A stretch of DNA of 64,000 bases from Acidobacteriota bacterium. Its GTDB lineage: Bacteria > Acidobacteriota > Thermoanaerobaculia > UBA5066. The translations under genes were made by a program, and so were the position numbers. The stretch spans positions 29,097 through 93,096 of the forward strand of contig DAIOUV010000001.1 in assembly GCA_036759345.1 (NCBI GenBank). Reading direction: 5' to 3'. Positions within the stretch are counted from its first letter, which is position 1, and the number at the start of each line of letters is the position of its first letter. The notes under the pieces are model-generated. The model saw nothing but the letters and a program-made list of their open reading frames with translations, was not told where the DNA came from and searched no databases. This document shows positions 55,183-64,000 of this stretch, piece after piece.

Positions 55183-58146
55183 TCAGCTGCAGCCGCTCGT
55201 CGCGCCGCAGTTCAGGCACTTGTAGCAGGCACCGCCGCGCACCATGAGGCTGCCGCACTCGTGGCAGCTCGGCGCGTCGGCGCTGTTCTCGAACGCGAGC
55301 CTGCTCCCGTACGAAGGCGCCGGAACCGCGAACCCGATGGCCCGCGCTTCCGCTCCGCCCTCGGCCGCGGGCGGTTCCGGCCTGGCGCTGGCGCTCGCAG
55401 TCGCCTGGAAGGCGGCGGCGATGGGGCCAGCCGCGGCGTCTGCGACCGGCGTCAGCGTTCCGAGGTTCTTGAACCCTTTCGGCGTCGTCGCGGGACCAGG
55501 CTCCTCGCGGGAGATGACCCCGGCCTTTTCCTTGAGATCCGCCGTCAGAAACTTCGATGCGAGCCAGCGGAAGAGGTAGTCGACGAGGCTCTTCGCGATC
55601 GGGATCTCGGGATTCTTCGTGTAGCCCGCGGGCTCGAAGCGCATGTGGCTGAACTTCTCGACGAGCGCTTCCAGCGGCACGCCGTACTGCAGCGTCAGCG
55701 AAATCGCCGTCGCGAACGAATCCATGAGACCCGAGATCGTGGAGCCTTCCTTCGCCATCGTGAGGAAGATCTCGCCGGGCGTACCGTCCTCGTACAGGCC
55801 CACGGTGATGTAGCCCTCGTGGCCGGCGACGGAGAATTTGTGCGTGATCGCGCGCCGCTCGTCGGGAAGCTTGTGGCGGCGGGGGCTCAGCGTGTTCGCG
55901 GCGGGCGCGGAGGGGGACGGGGGGAACCCGGCCGTCGGGTTCCCCCGGGAATCTCTGCCGCCCTTCACCGCGTCGTCGTTGCGGCTCGCCGCGGTGTTCA
56001 GGGGCTGCGTGCGCTTGCAGCCGTCGCGATAGATCGCGATCGCCTTGAGGCCCAGCTTCCAGCCCTGCATGTAGACGTCCGCGATCTCCTCGACCGTGGC
56101 GTCGTTCGGCATGTTCACGGTCTTGCTGATCGCGCCCGAGAGGAACGGCTGGACGGCGGACATCATCCGCACGTGGCCCATCGGGGCGATCGACCGGGTT
56201 CCGCCGAGCGCCTTGAACGCGCAGTCGAAGACCGGCAGGTGCTCACTTCTCAGCCCCGGCGCCCCCTCGATCGTGCCCTTTTCGTCGATGTACTGGACGA
56301 TCGCGTGCATCGCGTCATCCGCGTAGCCGAGCCGTGTGAGCGCGTTCGGCACGGTCTGGTTGATGATCTTGATCGTGCCGCCGCCGACGAGCTTCTTGTA
56401 CTTGACGAGCGCGAGGTCGGGCTCCACGCCCGTCGTGTCGCAGTCCATCATGAAACCGATCGTGCCCGTGGGCGCGAGGACCGTGGCCTGCGCGTTTCTG
56501 AATCCGTGCTGCCGGCCGGACTCGAGCGTCAGATCCCACACGGCGCGCTGCGCCTCGTACAGGTCCTTCGGAACGCCGTTCTTCTCGACGGTGTACGCGG
56601 CGTCCCGGTGCATGGAAATGACCTCGAGGAACACGTCGCGGTTCGGCGCGTAGCCCGCGAAGGGCTCCATCTCGGCGGCGATCCTCGAGGACATGAGGTA
56701 GGCCTGCCCGTGCATGAGGCTCGTGATGGCGGCGGCGTAGTGGCGGCCCTCGTCGCTGTCGTAGGGGATGCCGTTGAACATGAGAAGCGCGCCGAGGTTC
56801 GCGTACCCGAGGCCGATCGGGCGAAACGCATGCGAGTTCTTCTCGATGGCGGGCGTGGGATACGACGCCTCCCCGACGAGCATCTCCTGGGCCGCGAAGA
56901 CGACGTCGACCGCATGACGGAATTTCTCGATCTCGAAACCGCCGTCCTCCCGCGCGAACTTCATGAGGTTCAGAGACGCGAGGTTGCAGGCGGAGTCGTC
57001 GATGAACATGTACTCCGAGCAGGGGTTCGACGCGTTAATGCGATGCGTCGACTTGCAGGGGTTCCACTTGTTGATGAGCGTGTCGTACTGCATGCCGGGA
57101 TCGCCGCAGACCCAGGCCGACTCGGCCATCTTCAGGAGGAGCGCCTTCGCGTCGTACGTGCCGATGGGCTCGCCCGACGTGACGGCCTTCGTCGTATGCG
57201 TGCCTCCCGTCTCGACGGCGCGCATGAACTCGTCCGTGACGCGCACCGAGTGGTTCGCGTTCTGGAAGGCGATGTTGCTGTAGACCTCGCCGTTGAACGA
57301 GCCGTCCCAGCCGGAGTCGATGAGGTCCCAGGCCTTTTTCTCTTCGCGCTCCTTGCAGAGGATGAACTCCTCGATGTCCGGGTGGTCGACGTTCAGGATG
57401 ACCATCTTCGCGGCGCGGCGCGTCTTGCCGCCCGACTTGATGGCGCCCGCGAAGCTGTCGAAGCCCTTCATGAAGGAGACGGGGCCGGACGCGATGCCCC
57501 CGGAGGAGAGCGACTCGGTGGACGAGCGGAGCGAGGAGAGATTCGTGCCCGTGCCCGAGCCGAACTTGAAGAGCATGCCTTCCGTCTTGGCCAGCTCGAG
57601 GATGGACTGCATGGAGTCGCCCACCGAGTTGATGAAACACGCGGAGGCCTGGGGCTTCGCCTCGACGCCGACGTTGAACCACACGGGCGAGTTGAAGCTC
57701 GCGGCCTGGTTCACGAGGATGTGCGCGAGCTCGTCCGAGAACGTGTCACGGTCGGCCGCGGTGCGGAAGTAGCCGTTCTTCTGCCCGAAGCCCGTGATGG
57801 TGTCCACGACGCGCCCGATGAGCTGCTTGACCGAGCGCTCGCGCTGCGCCGTCCCCGGCTTCCCGTGGAAATACTTCTGGGCGACGATGTTCGTCGCCGT
57901 CATCGACCACGTTTTCGGGACCTCGACGTCCTTCTGTTCGAAGAACACCTCCCCCTTCTCGTTCGTGATCGCCGCGGTGCGAAGCTCCCACTCGAGGGAG
58001 TCGAAGGGGTGCGTGACCCCATCCGTGAAAAGCCTTCGGAAGGTGAGGCCGCTGAGTCCGCTTCGGGTTCTCTCTCCGGCCGCCGCTTTCTCCGTCTGCG
58101 TTTCGGGCGCCGTTTCGCGGGCCTCTCGTCCGTTCGAGGTGCTCAT
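55183..58146 (-). CDS. nrdJ: Adenosylcobalamin-dependent class II ribonucleotide reductase
   Basis: FNSPVWFN, QASACFI, GGKTRRAAKM, ASNPCSEY, CNLASLNL and APTGTIGFMMDCDTTG motifs; TSCPD-like domain; C-terminal CHEC/CLNC zinc ribbon. Confidence 0.96.
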   Translation of the reverse strand: MSTSNGREARETAPETQTEKAAAGERTRSGLSGLTFRRLFTDGVTHPFDSLEWELRTAAITNEKGEVFFEQKDVEVPKTWSMTATNIVAQKYFHGKPGTAQRERSVKQLIGRVVDTITGFGQKNGYFRTAADRDTFSDELAHILVNQAASFNSPVWFNVGVEAKPQASACFINSVGDSMQSILELAKTEGMLFKFGSGTGTNLSSLRSSTESLSSGGIASGPVSFMKGFDSFAGAIKSGGKTRRAAKMVILNVDHPDIEEFILCKEREEKKAWDLIDSGWDGSFNGEVYSNIAFQNANHSVRVTDEFMRAVETGGTHTTKAVTSGEPIGTYDAKALLLKMAESAWVCGDPGMQYDTLINKWNPCKSTHRINASNPCSEYMFIDDSACNLASLNLMKFAREDGGFEIEKFRHAVDVVFAAQEMLVGEASYPTPAIEKNSHAFRPIGLGYANLGALLMFNGIPYDSDEGRHYAAAITSLMHGQAYLMSSRIAAEMEPFAGYAPNRDVFLEVISMHRDAAYTVEKNGVPKDLYEAQRAVWDLTLESGRQHGFRNAQATVLAPTGTIGFMMDCDTTGVEPDLALVKYKKLVGGGTIKIINQTVPNALTRLGYADDAMHAIVQYIDEKGTIEGAPGLRSEHLPVFDCAFKALGGTRSIAPMGHVRMMSAVQPFLSGAISKTVNMPNDATVEEIADVYMQGWKLGLKAIAIYRDGCKRTQPLNTAASRNDDAVKGGRDSRGNPTAGFPPSPSAPAANTLSPRRHKLPDERRAITHKFSVAGHEGYITVGLYEDGTPGEIFLTMAKEGSTISGLMDSFATAISLTLQYGVPLEALVEKFSHMRFEPAGYTKNPEIPIAKSLVDYLFRWLASKFLTADLKEKAGVISREEPGPATTPKGFKNLGTLTPVADAAAGPIAAAFQATASASARPEPPAAEGGAEARAIGFAVPAPSYGSRLAFENSADAPSCHECGSLMVRGGACYKCLNCGATSGCS

Positions 58147-58286
58147 GGGTGAGAAAGCCTCCCTTTTTTCGTCTTCCTTCCGCCCGAAGACGAAACAACC
58201 CCTCAGCCAGCTGCCTGGTCCGTTTTGTCGCGCTCAATCCGCGCCCTATCCGCGTGCCTCGCGTCCGGCGTGTGGGGCTGTCTCAC

Positions 58287-58315
58287 AAGGTAATTCCGGC
58301 CTCTTCCTTTTTCAA
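58287..58315 (-). promoter_or_regulatory. Candidate sigma70 promoter of nrdJ
   Basis: TTGAAA (58315-58310), 17-bp spacer, TACCTT (58292-58287). Confidence 0.55.
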
Positions 58316-58323
58316 GGGAAAAA

Positions 58324-58368
58324 CGCTACCGCTAGTGTTTTTGCGTCCGCCGCCCACTAGATAGTGGG
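58324..58368. promoter_or_regulatory. Tandem NrdR-box-like sites
   Basis: CGCTA-CCGC-TAGTG (58324-58337) and CACTA-GATA-GTGGG (58355-58368) versus consensus CACWA-TATA-TWGTG. Their 31-bp spacing is typical of NrdR box pairs. Confidence 0.6.
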
Positions 58369-58481
58369 GTTGAGTCGTCAGGAAGGGAATATCGGGAGGC
58401 CCGATCCGTTTGACTTTTGACGGCTTGACGCCCCAAGATTCGGTCTCAACAGCGGCGCATCGCCGCGGGAGGAAGCCCTCA

Positions 58482-58859
58482 ATGTCCAGCGTTACCGAGC
58501 CCGCCACGATCCAGGCGACGTCGCCTTCCGTTTTCGTCCTCAACGTCACAGACCGCGCGGTCGACAAGGTCAAGGACTTCGCCTCCAAAATGCCGGACGC
58601 GGCCGGCAAGGCCCTGCGCGTCTTCATCCAGGGCGGCGGCTGCTCCGGTTTCCAGTACGGCTTCACGTTCGACGAGAAGCGCCCCACCGATCACGTCCTC
58701 GCGGTGCGCGAGATCGAGGTCATCGTCGACCCGCAGAGCGCGCTGAAGCTGCACGGCGCGACGGTGGACTTCATCGAAGACATGCGCGGTGCGGGCTTCT
58801 CGGTCGAGAATCCGAACGCCACCGGCGGAAGCTGCGGCTGCGGAAAGAGCTTTAGCTGA
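58482..58859 (+). CDS. erpA: A-type Fe-S cluster carrier (ErpA/IscA/HesB family)
   Basis: LRVFIQGGGCSGFQYGF, VDPQS and NPNATGGSCGCGKSF motifs; GGAGG RBS. Confidence 0.9.
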   Translation: MSSVTEPATIQATSPSVFVLNVTDRAVDKVKDFASKMPDAAGKALRVFIQGGGCSGFQYGFTFDEKRPTDHVLAVREIEVIVDPQSALKLHGATVDFIEDMRGAGFSVENPNATGGSCGCGKSFS

Positions 58860-60061
58860 CCGCTCAGCGCTCGATCCTCAAGATCGTCTTTTTGACGGTC
58901 TTCATCGACCTCCTCGGCTTCGGCATCGTGATCCCGCTGCTGCCGCTCTACGCCGAGAAGTACCACCCGTCGCCGCTCGCGTTCGGACTCCTCATGTCGA
59001 GCTATTCGGCGATGCAGTTCCTCTTCGCGCCGATCCTCGGACGCCTTTCGGACCGCTTCGGACGGCGCCCCGTGATCCTCTTCTCGCTGGCGGGGACGGT
59101 GATCGGCTATCTCCTCTTCGCCTTCGCGCACTCGCTCACACTGCTCTTCGCGTCGCGCCTCCTCGACGGCGCCACGGGCGGAAACATCGGCACCGCGCAG
59201 GCGATCATCGCCGACACGACGAGCCGGGAAGATCGCGCGCGCGGCATGGGCCTCGTCGGGATGGCATTCGCCCTCGGGTTCATCTTCGGACCGGCGATCG
59301 GCGGGTTCACGGTCGCAATCGACCAGACGGCGCCGGGCCTCGCGGCCGCGTCGCTCTCGTTCGCCGCGCTCGTCTGGGCCTTCCTCAAACTGCCCGAGAC
59401 GCGCCCCGAAGGCGGCCCCGGCAAACGGTTCTCGGTCTTCTCGTTCGCGACGCTCGCGCGCGCATTCCGCCGGCCCGAGATCGGCGCCCTCATGCTGCTC
59501 TCCCTCGTCACGACGACCGCCTTCGCCATGTTCGAGTCCACGTTCGCGCAGTTCGTGTCGCTGCGGCTCTCCGCCGGCCCTTCCACCGTCGCCTGGTTCT
59601 TCGTCTTCGTGGGCGTATGCTCGGCCATCGTGCAGGGCGTCCTCGTGCGGCGCCTCGTGAAACGCTTCGGTGAGGGGCGGCTCGTCGCCCTTGGAGGCGC
59701 GCTCCTCATCGCGGGGTTCCTGGGCCTCAAGCTCGCGGATTCGGTCCCCATTTTCCTCCTCATGATCGCCACGATCGCCCTCGGGATCGGCATCACCACG
59801 CCGACGCTGTCGTCGCTCGTCAGCAAGCGGTCGGCCGCGTCCGAGCAGGGCGAAATCCTGGGCGCGTACCAGTCGATGGGCTCCCTCGGCCGCGTGTTCG
59901 GGCCGTTCGGAAGCGAGAACCTGTATTTCCGCCTCGGGCCCGACTGGCCGCACGTGGCCGCCGCCGCGCTCGAGGCCGGCGTGCTCGCGCTTTCCGCGAC
60001 CTCTCTTCTGAGAGAGAATGACCGCACCGCGGGCTCCGCGGACGCGGAGAAAATCTCATGA
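58856..60061 (+). CDS. MFS transporter (TetA/DHA1-like); start inferred as CTG at 58856
   Basis: LTVFIDLLGFGIVIP, GRLSDRFGRRPV (motif A), SRLLDGATGG and GFIFGPAIGG motifs. Confidence 0.9.
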   Translation: MTAQRSILKIVFLTVFIDLLGFGIVIPLLPLYAEKYHPSPLAFGLLMSSYSAMQFLFAPILGRLSDRFGRRPVILFSLAGTVIGYLLFAFAHSLTLLFASRLLDGATGGNIGTAQAIIADTTSREDRARGMGLVGMAFALGFIFGPAIGGFTVAIDQTAPGLAAASLSFAALVWAFLKLPETRPEGGPGKRFSVFSFATLARAFRRPEIGALMLLSLVTTTAFAMFESTFAQFVSLRLSAGPSTVAWFFVFVGVCSAIVQGVLVRRLVKRFGEGRLVALGGALLIAGFLGLKLADSVPIFLLMIATIALGIGITTPTLSSLVSKRSAASEQGEILGAYQSMGSLGRVFGPFGSENLYFRLGPDWPHVAAAALEAGVLALSATSLLRENDRTAGSADAEKIS

Positions 60062-60639
60062 CGCCCCAGACCCCGACCGCCCATACCCTCTCCCGCGACT
60101 GCGCCGCCATCCGCATCCCGAGCGGCGAGCCCATCAACCTGCCCGCGGGCACCCCCGTCTACCTCACGCAGTCGCTGGGCGGCACGTTCACCGTGCAGGC
60201 AGCCTCGCTCGGCGGCCTCTTCCGCGTCGCCGGAAGCGACGCGGACGCGCTGGGGCTGCCAGTGCCGGCGGGCGGCGGGTCAGCCGCGGCGGTGGGACGG
60301 CTCCAGGCGGCGGGTCTCTCCGGCCCCGTGAACGAAACGGCCGTCTGGGACCGTCTTCGCACCGTCTACGACCCCGAGATCCCCGTGAACATCGTGGACC
60401 TCGGCCTCGTGTACGACCTCCGCATCCTGCCGGCGTCCGCAGCCGGCGAGCGTGTCGAGGTGAAGATGACGCTCACGGCGCCGGGCTGCGGCATGGGCGG
60501 CGCGATCGCCGCCGACGCGCAATCCAAGATCGCGGCGGTGCCGGGCGTCGCCGAGGCCGAAGTGCAGATCGTGTGGGATCCGCCCTGGAGCGCCGAAATG
60601 ATGACGCCCGAGGGAAAAAAGATCCTCGGGATCACCTGA
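60058..60639 (+). CDS. sufT: Fe-S maturation factor SufT (DUF59)
   Basis: ITQSLGG-like N-terminal part, VYDPEIPVNIVDLGLVY, MTLTAPGCGMG and VWDPPW motifs. Confidence 0.85.
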   Translation: MTPQTPTAHTLSRDCAAIRIPSGEPINLPAGTPVYLTQSLGGTFTVQAASLGGLFRVAGSDADALGLPVPAGGGSAAAVGRLQAAGLSGPVNETAVWDRLRTVYDPEIPVNIVDLGLVYDLRILPASAAGERVEVKMTLTAPGCGMGGAIAADAQSKIAAVPGVAEAEVQIVWDPPWSAEMMTPEGKKILGIT

Positions 60640-60677
60640 CGGGATCGAGGGAAACGGAAGGCGCGCGCGCCAGGCCT

Positions 60678-61019
60678 CTATTGAAGCCTGATCCTTCCCG
60701 CGAAGCCCTCCTGATAGCCGTGGAAGAACGACAGGGACTCCTCAGGCCACTTCCAGCAGTAGTAACCCGCGCCCGAGTCGAAGTCCACGAGCCACGGCCC
60801 CTTCACCTCGATGCCGAGCTCTTCGATCTCGCTCGCCCATGACGCCAGCGTTTGGGCCACGGCTTTCTCGGCCTTCTCCCCGACGGCTTCCCGCCCGTCG
60901 TCTCCCGGCACGGTGAGGTTCGAAAGCGCCTCGACCGCACGCCGCGTCCGCTCGCGCACCTCGGGAAGGAGGACACGCGCTTCCTCGAACGTGAAGGTCT
61001 TCTTTCGGGGCTCTTGCAC
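60678..61019 (-). CDS. DUF2203-family protein
   Basis: FTFEEARVLLPEV, GIEVKG..LVDFD and YYCWKWPEE..FFHGYQEGFAGR motifs. Confidence 0.85.
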   Translation of the reverse strand: MQEPRKKTFTFEEARVLLPEVRERTRRAVEALSNLTVPGDDGREAVGEKAEKAVAQTLASWASEIEELGIEVKGPWLVDFDSGAGYYCWKWPEESLSFFHGYQEGFAGRIRLQ

Positions 61020-61057
61020 GCGAGGAGGATAGCGCGGCTTGGTCCTATGATCCCCTC

Positions 61058-62224
61058 GTGAGGCCGCTCGCGACCGGCGCGGAAGACGTCGAGGCCGGGG
61101 CCGTCCGCCTCCGCCGCGAGATCCACGCCCACCCGGAGACCGCGTTCGAAGAGGTCGAGACGGCCCGCGCCGTCGCCGATCGCATGCGCGCCCGCGGACT
61201 GGCCGTGCGGACGGACGTCGGAAAAACAGGCGTCGTGGCCGTCCTCGACACGGGGCGAGCCGGAAGGACCGTTCTCCTTCGCGCCGATCTGGATGCGCTT
61301 CCACTCAACGAGAAAACGGGCCTGCCCTTCGCCGCCACGAACGGCAGGATGCACGCGTGCGGCCACGACGGCCACGTCGCCGCTCTCGACGCGGCCGCGG
61401 ACCTCCTCCTTCTCGATCCCCCGGCGCGCGGGCGCGTCGTCTTCGCGTTTCAACCGGGCGAGGAAGGCGCCGGCGGCGCGAAGGCCATGATCGCGGACGG
61501 GGTCCTGGACGATCCCCGGCCCGACGCGGTTTTCGGCATGCACCTGTGGACGGCCCTGCCTCTCTCTTCCGTCGGCGTCGCGCGCGGCGCCATGATGGCG
61601 GCCGTCGACGAGTTCCGAATCGACGTGACGAGCCCCGGCGGGCACGCCGCTTCGCCCCACGAGACGCGCGACACGATCGTCGCGGCCGCCCAAGTCGTCA
61701 CGGCGCTCCAGACCATCGTCTCGCGGCGGTTGTCACCTCTCCTGCCGGCGGTCGTTTCCGTCACCTCGATGCACGGCGGCTCGGCGTTCAACATCCTGCC
61801 CGACTGCGTCACGCTGCGCGGCACGTGCCGCTCGTTCGACGCGGAGGTCGAAGACCGCCTGCCCTCTCTCGTCACCGAAATCGCGGAGCGCGCCGCGCAG
61901 TCCCTCGGGTGCGTCGCCAAGACGGTCTACCGCCGGATAACTCCGGCGGTCGTGAACCATCCGGCCGAGGCCGCTCGCGCGCTCCGGGTCGCCACGTCGC
62001 TCACGGCGAAAGGGAGCGTCACGGAGGCCTGCCGGACGATGGGCGGGGAGGACTTCTCAGAGTTTCTGACGCGGATCCCCGGAGCGTTCGCGTTCGTCGG
62101 CGCGTCGCGAACGGCGGGACCGCGCGGCCCGCATCACGCGCCCGACTTCGACTTCGACGAGCGCGCCCTGCTCAACGCCGCCCGTCTTCTCGCCGGCTTC
62201 GCGCGCGACGTGCTCGCGGACTGA
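61058..62224 (+). CDS. M20D-family amidohydrolase
   Basis: HAHPETAFEE, LRADLDALP, MHACGHDGH, FQPGEEG, GGEDFS and HHAPDFDFDE motifs. Confidence 0.92.
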   Translation: MRPLATGAEDVEAGAVRLRREIHAHPETAFEEVETARAVADRMRARGLAVRTDVGKTGVVAVLDTGRAGRTVLLRADLDALPLNEKTGLPFAATNGRMHACGHDGHVAALDAAADLLLLDPPARGRVVFAFQPGEEGAGGAKAMIADGVLDDPRPDAVFGMHLWTALPLSSVGVARGAMMAAVDEFRIDVTSPGGHAASPHETRDTIVAAAQVVTALQTIVSRRLSPLLPAVVSVTSMHGGSAFNILPDCVTLRGTCRSFDAEVEDRLPSLVTEIAERAAQSLGCVAKTVYRRITPAVVNHPAEAARALRVATSLTAKGSVTEACRTMGGEDFSEFLTRIPGAFAFVGASRTAGPRGPHHAPDFDFDERALLNAARLLAGFARDVLAD

Positions 62225-62243
62225 GACGCCGAGGCGCCGAAGT

Positions 62244-63581
62244 TTGGCCGCCGCTCTCGTCCTCTACGGAGTCGCCGTGCTCCTCGTCGGCCTCTTCGCG
62301 GCGCGGGATGCGTCGCGTTCGGCCGACGCGTTTCTCGTCGGTGACCGCGGTTTCGGCGCGTTCACAACGTGGGCCGCGCTTTCCTCCACCGTGATCGGCG
62401 GGTCCACAACCCTCGTCCTCGCCGCCTTCGTGGCCGCGAAGGGGCTCCCCGCGCTGTGGCTCGATCTCGCGGGAGCCCTCGGCCTCCTCGCGCTCGGCCT
62501 CTTTCTCGCGGCCCGCGTGCGCGCTACGGGCGCGACGACGATCGCGGAGGTGATCGGAAGGACGTACGGGCCCGGCGTGCGGAAGATCGCGGCGTTTCTC
62601 GTCGTCCTCGCCGAGATCGTCTGGTTCGCACTCCTGACCGAAGCCACCCAGATCGTCATCGTCGCCACGACGCCCTGGGAGCCCACGCGCGTCCTCGTCC
62701 TCACGGCGGCCCTCTTCGTGGCGTATACGGCGCTCGGCGGCCAGCGCGCGGTCGTGCGGACCGATCTCCTGCAGTTCGGTCTCATGGTGACGGGGCTGCT
62801 CGCCGTCGCGCTGCCGCTCGCCGTGCGCTCCCTCGCCGCCAACCCCGCGCCCGCGGCGCTCCTATCCTTTCCCACGGGCCCGCGCTTCTCCTGGGGCGAC
62901 GCCTTCGCGCTTCTCGTCCTCGTGGGACTTCCCCATGCCGTCGGAAGCGACGTGTGGGCCAAGCTCCTCTCGGCGCGCGACACGCGCGCCGCGCGCCGCG
63001 CCGCCCTCGGCGCCTCCCTGTCCAAGCTCGCCTTCGGGCTCGCGACCGCCACCATCGCCCTCGCGGGAGTGGCCCGCGGCGTCGGCGGGCCAGCGGCGGA
63101 GCTCTTTCCCCGCACCGTGCTTCTCCTCGCGGGGCCGGCGCTCGCCCCGCTTCTCCTCGTGGCGCTCGTCGCGACGATGCAGTCCTCGGCCGACTCCGTC
63201 CTCCTGTCGGCCGCGGCCGCCACGTCGAACGATCTCCTCGGGCCAAAGGCCGGCGTCCGCGCGTCGCGCCTCGCCGTCGTGGCGTATGGCGGGCTCGGCC
63301 TCGTCGTGGCCCTCCTTCTGCGGGACCTCGTCGAGACGTTCCGCCTCGGTTACACGCTCTTTGCGTCCGGGCTCATCCTGCCCGCTCTCATCGCGTTTCT
63401 ACCGCGGGTACGCGTGGACCGGCGTTTCGCTGGTGCGGCGATGCTTCTCGGCGGGGGCGCCGCCATGCTCGAGCGCTTCCTCCACCCGTTGGGCATCGAT
63501 CCCGTCCTCGCGGGCACGGGCGTGAACGCTCTCGTCCTGGTTTTAGGCTTGAGGAAGCCGAGAGACGCCGCGAACGCCTAA
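62244..63581 (+). CDS. Sodium:solute symporter family protein
   Basis: FLVGDRG, STVIGGST, GGQRAVVRTDLLQF and ATMQSSADS motifs; about 13 hydrophobic segments. Confidence 0.88.
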   Translation: MAAALVLYGVAVLLVGLFAARDASRSADAFLVGDRGFGAFTTWAALSSTVIGGSTTLVLAAFVAAKGLPALWLDLAGALGLLALGLFLAARVRATGATTIAEVIGRTYGPGVRKIAAFLVVLAEIVWFALLTEATQIVIVATTPWEPTRVLVLTAALFVAYTALGGQRAVVRTDLLQFGLMVTGLLAVALPLAVRSLAANPAPAALLSFPTGPRFSWGDAFALLVLVGLPHAVGSDVWAKLLSARDTRAARRAALGASLSKLAFGLATATIALAGVARGVGGPAAELFPRTVLLLAGPALAPLLLVALVATMQSSADSVLLSAAAATSNDLLGPKAGVRASRLAVVAYGGLGLVVALLLRDLVETFRLGYTLFASGLILPALIAFLPRVRVDRRFAGAAMLLGGGAAMLERFLHPLGIDPVLAGTGVNALVLVLGLRKPRDAANA

Positions 63582-63593
63582 ACGCTCAAGCGC

Positions 63594-63998
63594 CTAAGCC
63601 AGGCCCGACACGCGCAGCGCCGCCGCGACGACGCCCGAACGCGATGCGGCCGACGCGGCCGACACAACTGACGCCGACGCCGGCTGGCCGGCCTCGGAAT
63701 CGCTTCCGTCCTGCGAGGCGACCAGGGCGCTGTCGAGAAACGCGAGGATGACGCGCGCCGCATCGCCCGGGGGATACGGCGGCTTCGCGCCCGTCTCCGC
63801 GAGCGTGCGCGTCAGGAGCGCGACGCGGGGATCCTGGGGCTCCTCGGTCGGCGAGGCTGGGCCCGCGAGCCGGTGCAGAAGGCTCAGCCGCGGCAGCGAA
63901 GGATGCGCGGCCCCGAAGTCCCAGAGCGCCTCGACGACCGCCGCCAGCCGCTCCGCCGGGGCCTTGCCGCCGCCGGGAACGGTGAGCTCGGCGCCCGA
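63594..63998 (-). CDS. C-terminal part of a helical protein, possibly TetR-family; 5'-truncated by the window edge
   Basis: Open frame ...PAERLAAVVEALWDFGAAHPSLPRL...GDAARVILAFLDS...SGLA*. Confidence 0.4.
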   Translation of the reverse strand, partial: SGAELTVPGGGKAPAERLAAVVEALWDFGAAHPSLPRLSLLHRLAGPASPTEEPQDPRVALLTRTLAETGAKPPYPPGDAARVILAFLDSALVASQDGSDSEAGQPASASVVSAASAASRSGVVAAALRVSGLA

Positions 63999-64000
63999 GG

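Noticed and set aside
54988-58152. 1054-aa plus-strand ORF
   Set aside because: Antisense shadow of nrdJ. The same applies to 24061..25998 (rpoD), 30278..32113 and 32031..34349.
58147-58290. Cobalamin riboswitch upstream of B12-dependent nrdJ
   Set aside because: I found no B12-box core. There is only a hairpin (TTCGTCTTC/GAAGACGAA) before the RBS, and it lacks a 3' U-tract on either strand.

Overview
64 kb of a very GC-rich bacterial chromosome. The gene repertoire suggests Acidobacteriota (Thermoanaerobaculia-like), which is an inference. I found no CRISPR array, IS element or prophage. Most of the window is housekeeping: the rpsU-mutS2-dnaG-rpoD-tRNA(CAT) operon, rnhA/yggS/divIVA/hutI, polA, selB, class II RNR nrdJ with tandem NrdR-like boxes, transsulfuration genes, ubiA/ubiX, fur, an Slt transglycosylase, a Ser/Thr kinase and erpA-MFS-sufT. 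The stand-out accessory locus is 41149-49147 (minus strand). A heme-c-motif sensor kinase, an archaemetzincin Zn-protease and a sigma54 response regulator are translationally coupled. They sit upstream of a near-consensus sigma54 promoter with two palindromic candidate enhancer sites. That promoter would drive an operon encoding a 79-aa Cys-rich protein, an unannotated 28-aa membrane peptide, a Tat-exported 4x[4Fe-4S] protein, an NrfD/HybB-type membrane protein, a triheme c7 cytochrome and two membrane-anchored GcvH-like proteins that both lack the lipoyl lysine. The operon encodes no catalytic subunit. Other notable items are a prephenate dehydratase-DAHP synthase-chorismate mutase triple fusion, three genes that appear to need CUG start codons, a rhomboid-like protein without catalytic residues between yggS and divIVA, a candidate sigma54-controlled comEA-fimT pair, and a repeat-rich leader upstream of a zinc-ribbon gene. 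All calls come from reading motifs by eye; no database search was run.
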